Of a DNA stretch of 64,000 bases, positions 44,830-56,540 are shown one piece after another. Both the position numbers and the translations under genes were made by a program. The notes beneath the pieces are model-generated. The model saw nothing but the letters and a program-made list of their open reading frames with translations, ran no database searches and was not told the origin of the DNA. The stretch is from the NCBI GenBank assembly GCA_963790335.1, contig CAWBOB010000007.1, positions 161,069 through 225,068 of the forward strand. The letters run 5' to 3'. Source of the DNA: an uncultured Actinomycetes bacterium (GTDB taxonomy: Bacteria > Actinomycetota > UBA4738 > HRBIN12). Positions within the stretch are counted from its first letter, which is position 1. Each line of letters starts with the position of its first letter.

Positions 44830-45836
44830 CCGGACCGGCGGCGGGCGCGAGCTCAGGTCGCATCTGGACGGGCCTCGGCGCCGTCTACGTCATCTGGAGC
44901 ACGACGTTCATCGCGATCAAGCTCGTCAACGAGACGATGCCACCGCTCGTCGCGACCGGGGTGCGCTTCTTCGTCGCCGGCGCCGTGCTGCTCCCCATCG
45001 CGCTGCGGGCCGGGGACCGCCGGGGCGACCGCCCCGGCGCCGCCGAGTGGAAGGGTGCGGCGGTCGTCGCGGTGCTGCTGATGTTCGGTGGCAACGGGGG
45101 CATCGTCTGGGCCGAGCGCACGATCCCGTCGGGGGTCGCAGGGCTCGCGATCGCCACCGTGCCGTTGTGGATCGCGGCGATCGACCGCGTGGTGCTGCAC
45201 CGGCGTCAGCCGGGCATCGTCGTCGTGGGGCTCTGCGTCGGGTTCGTCGGCGCGGCGCTGCTCGTCGGCGGTTCGGCGTTCGATGGCGCGATCGACCTCG
45301 GCGGACTGCTGGTGGCGCTCGCCGCCGCCGCGTCATGGGCGGCGGGATCGATCTACCAACGGCACGCGCGCCTTCCCCGACGCCCCTTCGTCGCCGCCGG
45401 CATGGAGATGGTGGTCGCCGCCGGCGTGTTCTGGGTCGCAGGGGCGCTCGCCGGAGAGCTGTCGGATCTGCGGCTCGACGGCTTCTCGCGCGCGTCCGTG
45501 CTCGGTCTCGCCTACCTGGTCGTGATCGGCTCGTGGATCGGGTTCACCGCCTACCTGTGGCTGCTGCGGGTGGCGCGCACGTCGCTGGTCGCGACCTACG
45601 CCTACGTCACACCCGTCGGCGCCGTGCTGCTCGGCTGGCTCCTGCTCGACGAGCGGCTCACGACGACGGCGATCGCGGCCGGCGCGCTCATCGTGGTGTC
45701 GGTGGTGCTGATCGTGTCGAGCGGTGGAACGACCGCCCGCGATGACGGCGCCTCAACGGACGACCGATCCCCGCGCGAGGAGGACTCAGGCGGCGAGCAG
45801 GGGCGGACGCATGTCGAGCCGGAGATCGTGCTCTAG
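44826..45836 (+). CDS. DMT superfamily (EamA-like) transporter
   Basis: GTG 44826 overlaps the SDR stop (GTGA). About 10 TM segments, two EamA-like halves. The 3' end overlaps the gatA 3' end by 51 nt. Confidence 0.8.
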   Translation: MTGPAAGASSGRIWTGLGAVYVIWSTTFIAIKLVNETMPPLVATGVRFFVAGAVLLPIALRAGDRRGDRPGAAEWKGAAVVAVLLMFGGNGGIVWAERTIPSGVAGLAIATVPLWIAAIDRVVLHRRQPGIVVVGLCVGFVGAALLVGGSAFDGAIDLGGLLVALAAAASWAAGSIYQRHARLPRRPFVAAGMEMVVAAGVFWVAGALAGELSDLRLDGFSRASVLGLAYLVVIGSWIGFTAYLWLLRVARTSLVATYAYVTPVGAVLLGWLLLDERLTTTAIAAGALIVVSVVLIVSSGGTTARDDGASTDDRSPREEDSGGEQGRTHVEPEIVL

Positions 45837-47252
45837 CGCCGCTCCGGTGCGGAACAGGGTTGGCTCGTCGAGCGCCTTCGCGGTGAGCTGCACGCCGATC
45901 GGCAGGCCGGCCGAGTCGAGGCCGCACGGCACGCTCATCGCCGGCACGCCGCCGAGGTTCGCGGGGATGGTGAAGATGTCGTTCAGATACATCGCCATCG
46001 GGTCGTCGGCCTTCGACCCGATCGGGAACGCCGTGGTCGGCGAGGTCGGCGACACGAGCACGTCGAATCGCTCGAACGCGGCCGCGTAGTCCTGCAGGAT
46101 CAGCGTTCGCACCTTCTGCGCCTGTCCGTAGTACGCCTCGTAGTACCCCGCCGAGAGCGCGTAGGTGCCGAGCATGATGCGCCGCTTCACCTCGGCGCCG
46201 AACCCCGCCCCGCGCGTGCGGAACATCATCTCGATCGAGTCGTCGCCGTCGACCCGAAGCCCGTACCGCACCCCGTCGTAGCGAGCGAGGTTCGAGGAAG
46301 CCTCGCTCGGCGCGATCAGGTAGTAGGCGCTGAGCGCGTACTCCGCATGCGGAAGCGTCGCTTCCCCCACGTCGGCGCCGAGCGCGTCGAGGCGGTCGCA
46401 AGCTGCGCGCACCGAGGCCACGACATCGGGCTGGACCCCCTCGCCGAACGCCTCGGCCAGCACGCCGACCCGGAGCCCTTCGACACCCATGCCGATGCCG
46501 TCCGCGTAGTCGGGCACCTCGGCATCGATGCTCGTGGCGTCGCGGTGGTCCGGGCCTGCCATCACGCCGAGCAGGGTCGCGGCGTCGGCCACGGTGCGCG
46601 TGAAGGTGCCGATCGTGTCGAGCGACGACGCGAACGCGATCAGCCCGTACCGGCTGATCCGGCCGTAGGTGGGTTTGAGCCCCACCGTGCCGGTCAGTGA
46701 GGCGGGCTGGCGGACCGAGCCGCCGGTGTCGGTACCGAGCGCCCAGACCGCCATGCCGCTCGCGACCGCAGCCGCGCTGCCGCCGCTCGAGCCACCGGGC
46801 ACGGTGTCGAGATCCCACGGGTTGTGCACGGCCCCGAACGCCGAGTTCTCGTTCGATGAGCCCATCGCGAACTCGTCGCAGTTCGTCTTGCCGACGAGCA
46901 CGCTTCCCGCCCCCGACAGCCTCGTCCACGACGTCGCGTCGTACGGCGGTACGTACGTTTCGAGGATGCGCGAGCCGCAGGTGGTGCGGATGCCGTTGGT
47001 CGTGAGCACGTCCTTCAACGCGAGCGGGATGCCGGCGACCCCCGACTGCGGGGCCCCGGTCGCGAGATAGATGTCCAGCTCCGCGGCGCGTTCCAGCGCG
47101 ACCTGCGGCGTCGGCGTGAGGAAGGCTCCCACCCGTTCGTCGAGCGCCTCACGACGCGCGATCGACGACTCCGCGAGCGACACGGCGCTGATCTCGCCGG
47201 CGCGCAACTTCGCGGAGAGCTCCACCGCCGGCAGATCGCAGAGCTCGGTCAC
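45786..47252 (-). CDS. gatA: Glu-tRNA(Gln) amidotransferase subunit A
   Basis: 488 aa. Amidase signature GGSSGGSAAAVA. Confidence 0.95.
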   Translation of the reverse strand: MTELCDLPAVELSAKLRAGEISAVSLAESSIARREALDERVGAFLTPTPQVALERAAELDIYLATGAPQSGVAGIPLALKDVLTTNGIRTTCGSRILETYVPPYDATSWTRLSGAGSVLVGKTNCDEFAMGSSNENSAFGAVHNPWDLDTVPGGSSGGSAAAVASGMAVWALGTDTGGSVRQPASLTGTVGLKPTYGRISRYGLIAFASSLDTIGTFTRTVADAATLLGVMAGPDHRDATSIDAEVPDYADGIGMGVEGLRVGVLAEAFGEGVQPDVVASVRAACDRLDALGADVGEATLPHAEYALSAYYLIAPSEASSNLARYDGVRYGLRVDGDDSIEMMFRTRGAGFGAEVKRRIMLGTYALSAGYYEAYYGQAQKVRTLILQDYAAAFERFDVLVSPTSPTTAFPIGSKADDPMAMYLNDIFTIPANLGGVPAMSVPCGLDSAGLPIGVQLTAKALDEPTLFRTGAALEHDLRLDMRPPLLAA

Positions 47253-47542
47253 GAGCCGGTCTCGGCGATCTTCGGCACCAGGAACCGCCCGTCGCGCTCC
47301 GCCGGGGCGTTCGCGAGCGCCGCGTCGTGGCTCACGCTCGGCTCCGCCGTGTCCTCACGGAAGACGTTCACCTGCGGGATCGGGGAGGCGGTCGGCACCA
47401 CGTCGTCGGCGGCGACCTCGCCCACCTTCGCCGCGTGCTCCAGGATCACCGCGAGCTGGCCGCGCATGCGCAACTTCTCGTCCTCGGAGAGCTCCACCCG
47501 CGCGAGCTTCGCCACGTGGTCGATGTCGATCTCCACCGGCAT
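47249..47542 (-). CDS. gatC: Glu-tRNA(Gln) amidotransferase subunit C
   Basis: 97 aa. IDHVAKLARVELSEDE... 4-nt overlap with gatA. Confidence 0.9.
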   Translation of the reverse strand: MPVEIDIDHVAKLARVELSEDEKLRMRGQLAVILEHAAKVGEVAADDVVPTASPIPQVNVFREDTAEPSVSHDAALANAPAERDGRFLVPKIAETGS

Positions 47543-47572
47543 GGGCGCAGTGTAGCGGCGTGGTGCAGCGCC

Positions 47573-48295
47573 TCAGCCCACGTCGGGACGCGCCGGCACC
47601 GACCCGGTCGATCCGCCAGACGCCGCTCGGGCGATCTGAGCTCGCGAGATCTCGCGGATGAGCACGATCGCGAGGCAAGCCGCCAGGATCGCTAACAGCT
47701 GACCGACAGCGATGAGTTGGAGCGATCCTTCGTCCAACTCCACGATCAAGCGCGGCGGCCCACTCGAGCGTGACAGCGCTCCGACCATGTCGGAGACGAC
47801 GTCGATCGCAGCGAGAACGCCCACGATGATCGGGGCGACCCAGCACGTCCACCAGAGCCCGAGGACCCAGCGCCCGCGCGCTGGGTCCGAGACGGATGCT
47901 CGCCGGATCTCGCGCACGACCAGATATGGCTTCACGAGGTTGACGAACGGGATGAACCAGCACAGAACCCCCCAGCCGGCGCTCGTCGGTACTCGCTCCG
48001 GCGCCGCCAGTCGCGCGTTCGAGTGCACTCGGTACTGCCAGGCGAGCCACGCGCCGTAGGTCATCACCGAGACCATCAGTGAGACCCACTGGAAGATGTC
48101 GACACCGTCGGGGGCCTCGACGGTTCCTTGCTCGGAGATCGAGAACGGCACTGTGGTACCTGCGGCGAGCCGGGTGACGATGAACGCCACTGCGATCGCC
48201 TGCACCCCTGCGATCAGCACGAGCGCGATCGTCACGGCACGGGCGAACGAAGCCGGATCTCGATAGGGCTCGTGAGCCGGCTGGAAGGCGCTCAC
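47573..48295 (-). CDS. DUF4328-like membrane protein
   Basis: 240 aa. GWGVLCWFIPFVNLVKPYLVVREIRRAS resembles the DUF4328 core from memory. Confidence 0.65.
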   Translation of the reverse strand: MSAFQPAHEPYRDPASFARAVTIALVLIAGVQAIAVAFIVTRLAAGTTVPFSISEQGTVEAPDGVDIFQWVSLMVSVMTYGAWLAWQYRVHSNARLAAPERVPTSAGWGVLCWFIPFVNLVKPYLVVREIRRASVSDPARGRWVLGLWWTCWVAPIIVGVLAAIDVVSDMVGALSRSSGPPRLIVELDEGSLQLIAVGQLLAILAACLAIVLIREISRAQIARAASGGSTGSVPARPDVG

Positions 48296-48298
48296 CGC

Positions 48299-51042
<2,744 letters not shown>

Positions 51043-51111
51043 GCAGCCTCCGGAACGATCGCGACACGGTCGGGAACCCGATGATATCCGTCGACCCCGA
51101 CGGGCCGGGTG

Positions 51112-52194
51112 CTAGCGGAACGACGAGACGATGCGGCCCCCGCCGAGCACCTCGTCACCGCGGTAGACGACCACGCTCTGGCCGGGTGCGATCGCGCGCT
51201 GCGGCGAGCGGAACGTCACCGTGAACGAGCGGCGTCCCGAGGGCTCGACCACCGCCGGCACGTCGTCACCGCGGTAGCGGACCCGCACCGCCGCCTCGAA
51301 CGGTCCTTCGTGCGGCGGTTCCCCCGCGACCCACGAGGCCCGGTCCGCCTCCAATCCTCGCCTCGACAGTAGCTCGCCCGGTCCGACGACCACGCGGTTG
51401 CGTGCGGCGTCGACGTCGACCACGTATCGAGGCTCGCCGACCGCGACGCCGAGCCCCCTGCGCTGACCGACGGTGAACCCGAACGTGCCGTCGTGCTCGG
51501 CGAGCACGCGTCCGTGCGTGTCGACGACCTCCCCCCCGGGGTGCACGAGCTCGCGCGCCTGGGACCGCACGAAGCCGCCGGCATCACCGCTCGGGGCGAA
51601 GCAGAGCTCCTGGGAATCGGGCTTGGCCGCGACCGGGAGCCCGAACCGCTCCGCGTGCGCTCGGGTCTCTGCCTTCGACATCCCTCCCACGGGGAACAGC
51701 GACCTCGCCAGCTGCGACTGCCCCAGCATGTGCAGCATGTACGACTGGTCCTTGGCGCGGTCGGCGCCGCGCACGAGTCGCCGCCGCCGGGCCTCGCCCG
51801 GCTCGTTCCGCACGTAGTGCCCCGTCGCGACCATGTCGACGCCGAGCTCGTCTGCACGGCGACAGAAGGCTCCGAACTTGATCTCACCGTTGCAGCGAGC
51901 GCACGGGTTCGGGGTGCGCCCGGCCTCGTGCTCCGCGACGAAGTCGCCGATCACGCGCCGCTCGAACTCGGCGGTCATCTCGGCGATCTCGAACGGGAAC
52001 CCGCCGATGCGCGCCACGTGTTCGGCGTCGGCTCGGGCGGCCGGCCCACAGCACCCGTGCTCGACCTGGTCGAGGTGCACCAGGCGCATGTGGGAGCCGA
52101 CGACCTCGTAGCCCTGCTCGTGCAGCAGGCACGCCGCGACCGACGAGTCCACCCCGCCGGACATGGCCACCAACACGGAACCCTTCGCAGACAC
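51112..52194 (-). CDS. mnmA: tRNA 2-thiouridine(34) synthase
   Basis: 360 aa. PP-loop VAMSGGVDSSVAA. Confidence 0.93.
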   Translation of the reverse strand: MSAKGSVLVAMSGGVDSSVAACLLHEQGYEVVGSHMRLVHLDQVEHGCCGPAARADAEHVARIGGFPFEIAEMTAEFERRVIGDFVAEHEAGRTPNPCARCNGEIKFGAFCRRADELGVDMVATGHYVRNEPGEARRRRLVRGADRAKDQSYMLHMLGQSQLARSLFPVGGMSKAETRAHAERFGLPVAAKPDSQELCFAPSGDAGGFVRSQARELVHPGGEVVDTHGRVLAEHDGTFGFTVGQRRGLGVAVGEPRYVVDVDAARNRVVVGPGELLSRRGLEADRASWVAGEPPHEGPFEAAVRVRYRGDDVPAVVEPSGRRSFTVTFRSPQRAIAPGQSVVVYRGDEVLGGGRIVSSFR

Positions 52195-52236
52195 GGCCCA
52201 AGGCTACCGCCCGGTCCCCCGTCTATCGTTCGGCTC

Positions 52237-54030
52237 GTGATCGACGCGCGCTTCGACGACCTGACAGGAGCTTCGGACTCCTTCCGGATGATCGGCCCCG
52301 TCGGTGTCGTCGAAGCGCGCCGGACCGACGAGGTCGCCGGGGTGATTGCCGCCGCCGAAGCCGCGGCGGCGATGGGGTCGTGGGTCGCCGGGTTCGTCGC
52401 GTACGAGGCGGCGCCCGGGCTCGACCCCGCGCTCGCGGTGCGTCGGCGCGCCGACCACGACCCGTTCGCGAGGCTTCCGCTCGTGTGGTTCGCCATGTTC
52501 GAGGGTCGCGAACGGACGGTGCTGCCGGAGTCGCAGCACGACCCCGTGAGCGGTTCCCCCGACCGCTGGCGCCCGTCGGTGGACCGGGCGATCTACGACG
52601 CCGCGATCGAGCGCATCCGCGGGCACATCGCGGGCGGCGACACGTACCAGGTCAACCACACGCTCCGCATGCGATCGCGGCTGGAAGGCGACGAGCGCGG
52701 TCTGTATCGCGACCTGTGCTACGCCCAGCGAGGCGCCTACTCCGCGTACCTGAATCTCGGGCGGTACCGCGTGCTGTCGGCCTCACCCGAGCTCTTCTTC
52801 CGCATCGACGATGCTCGCATCACGACCAAGCCCATGAAGGGAACCGCGCGCCGCGGGCGATGGTCCGCCGAGGACGACGCGGTCGCCGAGACGCTCCGCG
52901 GTTCGGTGAAGGACCGGGCCGAGAACGCGATGATCGTCGACATGCTCCGCAACGATCTGGGCCGTGTGGCCCGAACGGGAAGCGTCGTCTGGACCGACGT
53001 CTTCGACCTGGAACGGTACGAGACCGTGTGGCAGCTCACCTCGACGGTCTCGGCCGACCTGGAAGCCGAGGCCGGGCTCGTCGACGTCTTCCGTGCCCTG
53101 TTCCCGAGCGGTTCGGTCACCGGAGCTCCGAAGGTTCGGACGATGGAGATCGTGGCCGATCTCGAGGATGCACCCCGGGGCGTCTACTGCGGCGCGGTCG
53201 GATACCTGTCCCCACCGGGTTCGGGCACGCCACTGGCGAGGTTCAACGTGCCGATCCGCACCGTCGTGCTCGATACCGAGACGCACGTGGCGGAGTACGG
53301 CGTGGGAGGGGGCATCACCTGGGGTTCGAGCGCCGCGGGCGAGTACGACGAGCTGCTCGCCAAGGCGCGCGTCCTCACGGCGCGTCGTCCCCGGTTCGAG
53401 CTGTATGAGACGTTGCGACACGATCCCGCCACCGGGTTCCGTCACCTCGAACGTCATCTCGCACGGCTCCGGTCCTCGGCGGGGTACTTCGGATTCATGT
53501 TCGACGAGCAGGCTGTGACCGATGCGTTGGTGCGGTCCGTGTCCCGCTTCCCGGATCGCCCGACTCGGGTTCGCGTTTCGCTCGACCGCCGGGCCCACGT
53601 GGACGTGGCGGCCACGGCGCTCGTCGAGTCGAGCGACCCGGTGCGCGTCGCGATCGATCGAGATCACGCGGTCGATCCCTCCGACCCCATGCTCTTCCAC
53701 AAGACCAGCCTGCGCAGCGTGTACGACGACGCGCTCGAGCGCCACCCCGATGCCGATGACGTGCTCCTCGTCAACGATCGTGGTGAGATCACGGAGACGA
53801 CGATCGCGAACATCGCCGTCTCCCTGGAGGGCGGGTGGGTGACGCCTCCGCTCGATGCCGGGCTGCTCCCCGGCGTGGGCCGTGAGGTCGCGCTCGAGGA
53901 GGGCTGGCTCAAGGAAGCCACGCTCACCATCGACGATCTCGCTCGAGCCGATGCGATCGAGCTCGTCAGCGACGTGCGCGGGCGACGGCCCGTGCTGCTC
54001 GTCGGATCAGACGGGGCACCGAGGGCCTAA
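52237..54030 (+). CDS. pabB: Aminodeoxychorismate synthase component I fused to aminodeoxychorismate lyase (PabB-PabC)
   Basis: GTG 52237. Chorismate-binding domain (GDTYQVN, PSGSVTGAPK, RGVYCGAVGY), then a class-IV aminotransferase-like domain (HKTS...LLVNDRGEITETTIANI). Confidence 0.85.
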   Translation: MIDARFDDLTGASDSFRMIGPVGVVEARRTDEVAGVIAAAEAAAAMGSWVAGFVAYEAAPGLDPALAVRRRADHDPFARLPLVWFAMFEGRERTVLPESQHDPVSGSPDRWRPSVDRAIYDAAIERIRGHIAGGDTYQVNHTLRMRSRLEGDERGLYRDLCYAQRGAYSAYLNLGRYRVLSASPELFFRIDDARITTKPMKGTARRGRWSAEDDAVAETLRGSVKDRAENAMIVDMLRNDLGRVARTGSVVWTDVFDLERYETVWQLTSTVSADLEAEAGLVDVFRALFPSGSVTGAPKVRTMEIVADLEDAPRGVYCGAVGYLSPPGSGTPLARFNVPIRTVVLDTETHVAEYGVGGGITWGSSAAGEYDELLAKARVLTARRPRFELYETLRHDPATGFRHLERHLARLRSSAGYFGFMFDEQAVTDALVRSVSRFPDRPTRVRVSLDRRAHVDVAATALVESSDPVRVAIDRDHAVDPSDPMLFHKTSLRSVYDDALERHPDADDVLLVNDRGEITETTIANIAVSLEGGWVTPPLDAGLLPGVGREVALEEGWLKEATLTIDDLARADAIELVSDVRGRRPVLLVGSDGAPRA

Positions 54031-54203
54031 TCAGCCTCTGGGGTCCGGTCCGCGGGGAAGACGAACGGTTGCATCGTCTGCTCGTCGAGCGGGCAGGCGC
54101 ACAGCGGGCAGCGTGGCGGCTGCTCGTACACGAGCACGTTGCGCTCGCAGTACGGGCAGTCACCCTCTCGCATCGCGGGCGGCTCAGCGGTCTCGTTCGT
54201 CAT
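54027..54203 (-). CDS. Small zinc-ribbon protein (58 aa)
   Basis: The 58-aa ORF has no own entry in the ORF track. My translation: MTNETAEPPAMREGDCPYCERNVLVYEQPPRCPLCACPLDEQTMQPFVFPADRTPEAD. CPxC-x14-CPxC, high GC3. Its TAG overlaps the pabBC TAA region. Confidence 0.45.
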   Translation of the reverse strand: MTNETAEPPAMREGDCPYCERNVLVYEQPPRCPLCACPLDEQTMQPFVFPADRTPEAD

Positions 54204-54379
54204 GGGCGTCGCGCTCGGGGGGAGCGGTCCACCCCAGCATCGGCAGGCTCCGAACCTACCTTGAATCAGGCATCCATACGTCGCGGCTGCCTTGCGTCGC
54301 AGCGATCCTGCCGTTCACGCGCATGCATCTGCTGTACGGCGCTCGGGGACCCGGCGGATGGCCCACCCCGGAGAACGGC

Positions 54380-54404
54380 GAGGTCCTCCTGGGGGGAGGA
54401 CCTC
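54380..54404 (-). terminator. Perfect 10-bp stem / 5-nt loop hairpin GAGGTCCTCC-TGGGG-GGAGGACCTC downstream of the zinc-finger ORF
   Basis: Read from the sequence, 26 nt after the stop at 54430. There is no U-tract, which I believe is common in actinobacterial terminators. Confidence 0.5.
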
Positions 54405-54429
54405 GATGATCCAGCTCGGCGTGAGGGGC

Positions 54430-54639
54430 TCAAGCCGCTTTACGGCTCCGGCGCTTGCCTCGCGGTACGTAGCTGTGCACGGGTTCGTGCTGCCAGCAGA
54501 ACTGCCACTTGTTGTAGCGCGAGAGCTTGGTTCCGCATCCTCGTTCGGCGCAGACCCGGTCGCCTGCGTACTGCCTGTTCGGCCGCGGGAGCGAGCGGAC
54601 CGATGCGCCCCGGTACCTCTCCTCTGCCACGTCGCTCAC
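54430..54639 (-). CDS. Small basic zinc-finger protein (69 aa)
   Basis: Tail of the composite 705-aa track ORF. GTG 54639 follows gaaagga. VSDVAEERYRG...RVCAERGCGTKLSRYNKWQFCWQHEP...RGKRRSRKAA (C-x4-C-x12-C-x2-H). Preceded by a 158-bp intergenic region. Confidence 0.55.
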   Translation of the reverse strand: MSDVAEERYRGASVRSLPRPNRQYAGDRVCAERGCGTKLSRYNKWQFCWQHEPVHSYVPRGKRRSRKAA

Positions 54640-54797
54640 ATCCTTTCGGACGGGACCGGCGGACGGGAGGGAGTGGCGGCCCCGCTCTGCACGTTGTTCG
54701 AACACCGTGCGGCACCGGTTCATTCCGGATGGTGAACATCGTGTGACTGCATGGGTTGGGGTCGGGAGCGAAGGGGTGCCTCCGCGGATCGCACCCC

Positions 54798-55571
54798 TCA
54801 GCCGGAGCCGAACCGAGGATCGCGCTTGTCGAGGAACGCCCGCATGCCCTCCCGCTGATCGGACGTGCCGAACAGACCGAGGAAGAGCTCGCGCTCCCTC
54901 GCGATGCCGGCAGGACCCGGACTTGCGGAAGCCGCGCCGATCGCCATCTTGGCCGCCGCCAGGGCCGTTCGGGACCCCTCGGCGAACCGACGGGCGGCCG
55001 CGACCGCCTGGGGGAACACCTCCGTCCCCGCCATCGAACGATCGGCGATGCCCCACGCGAGCGCTTCGTCGGCCCCGACCAGGCGGCCCGAGTAGACGAG
55101 ATCGCGCGTCCGGGCGGGACCGATGAGCCGGCTCAGGCGCTGGGTGCCACCGGCGCCGGGGATCACCCCGAGCTTGATCTCCGGCTGCCCGACCGAGGCA
55201 TCGTCGGCCACGAAGCGGAAGTCGGCCCCGAGCGCGAGCTCGAGCCCTCCCCCGAGCGCGAACCCCGTCACGGCGGCGATCGCGATCTTCGGGATCGTCT
55301 CGAGCGCATCGCACGCCGCCCCGAGCGCGTCGACGCTCGGTCGCACCTCTTCGGGCCCCCACTCGGCCATCGCCTTGACGTCGGCGCCGGCCGCGAAGAT
55401 TCGCTCGCCTCCCCAGACGACGAGTGCGCCGACGTCGTCTCGGTCTCGCGCCTCGGCGATCGCCTCGCCGATCTCGGTGGCCATCGCCAGGTCGATCGCG
55501 TTCGCAGGTGGGCGGTCGAGCCGGATCACACCCACGCCGTCGAGGACCTCGAACCGCACGGTCTCCCCCAT
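54798..55571 (-). CDS. Enoyl-CoA hydratase/isomerase family protein
   Basis: 257 aa. Crotonase signature FAAGADVKAM, GGGLELALGAD. Confidence 0.9.
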   Translation of the reverse strand: MGETVRFEVLDGVGVIRLDRPPANAIDLAMATEIGEAIAEARDRDDVGALVVWGGERIFAAGADVKAMAEWGPEEVRPSVDALGAACDALETIPKIAIAAVTGFALGGGLELALGADFRFVADDASVGQPEIKLGVIPGAGGTQRLSRLIGPARTRDLVYSGRLVGADEALAWGIADRSMAGTEVFPQAVAAARRFAEGSRTALAAAKMAIGAASASPGPAGIARERELFLGLFGTSDQREGMRAFLDKRDPRFGSG

Positions 55572-55583
55572 CGCGCCGCGATG

Positions 55584-56475
55584 CTACCGGCCGTCGGCGT
55601 CCGGCGTCGTGGCCGAGGCGAGCGCGACCGTGATGGCATCGACGAGCGGTGTGCGCTCGATGCCGAAGAACGCCGGCAGCATCAGGGGCGTCGGCTCGCA
55701 TCGGATGGGTGAGGGCCTCGATCAGATGGGCCGAGACATCGTGCCCGAACAGGCCCGACAACCGGACGCGGGCGACGTCGCCCTCGACCACCTCCGGCCG
55801 CCCGAGGGGTCCCGAGAGCATCGCGACCAGCTCGCGGACGGTCACGATGTTGGGTCCTTCCAGGCTCCACGTGCCGGCCAGCTCGACGTCGAGGTCGTCC
55901 GCGACCGCGAGCACGGCAGCGAGATCCCCGATCGCGACGGGCGCGAGCGCCAGGTCGGGCTCGCCCCAGACGACGGGAGGCGATTCGAGCGCCCCGGCCA
56001 CGATCGCGGCGAACCACGCGGAGCCCACGCCCACGACCGGCGCGCTCCGGATGACCGCGTGCTGCAGACCCGAGGTCGTGACGGCTTCCTCGGCGAGGCC
56101 CTTCGCCCGCAGGAACGGTCGGGAGGCATCGGCCGATGCCCCGGGAACCGAGACCAGCAGGAAGCGGCGGACGCCCGCGTGGCGGGCGGCGTCGAGTGCA
56201 CGGAGCACCGATCGATGGTTGGCGTCCCAGAGGGCGTCGTCGTCGGGCTGATCCGGGCCGCCCACAAGGTGCACGAGGGTGAACACGCCGCCGAGGACCT
56301 CGGCGAGGGCGTGAGCGTCGTCGAGCCGGCCGAGCGTGACCTTGGCGCCGAGCGCCCGTAGGCCATCGGCGTCGGCGGGGTCGCGAACGGCCACCCGTAC
56401 CTCATCCCTGCGCGCGAGCAGCGGGATCAGGGCATGTCCGACCGGACCCGAGGCGCCCGTGACCATGACCGTCAT
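55584..56475 (-). pseudogene. NmrA/SDR-like NAD(P)H-binding protein, frameshifted as sequenced
   Basis: ATG 56475 (MTVMVTGASGPVGHALIPLL). The printed frame never stops, giving the 705-aa composite ORF. After a shift near 55678-55682 the sequence reads LPAFFGIERTPLVDAITVALASATTPDADGR-TAG (55584-55586). Confidence 0.75.
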
Positions 56476-56540
56476 GACCGGCTGATGGTATCGACCGTGG
56501 CCCGCCCGACGCCTCGGCGGCGGTACGCTCGGCAGCGCCC

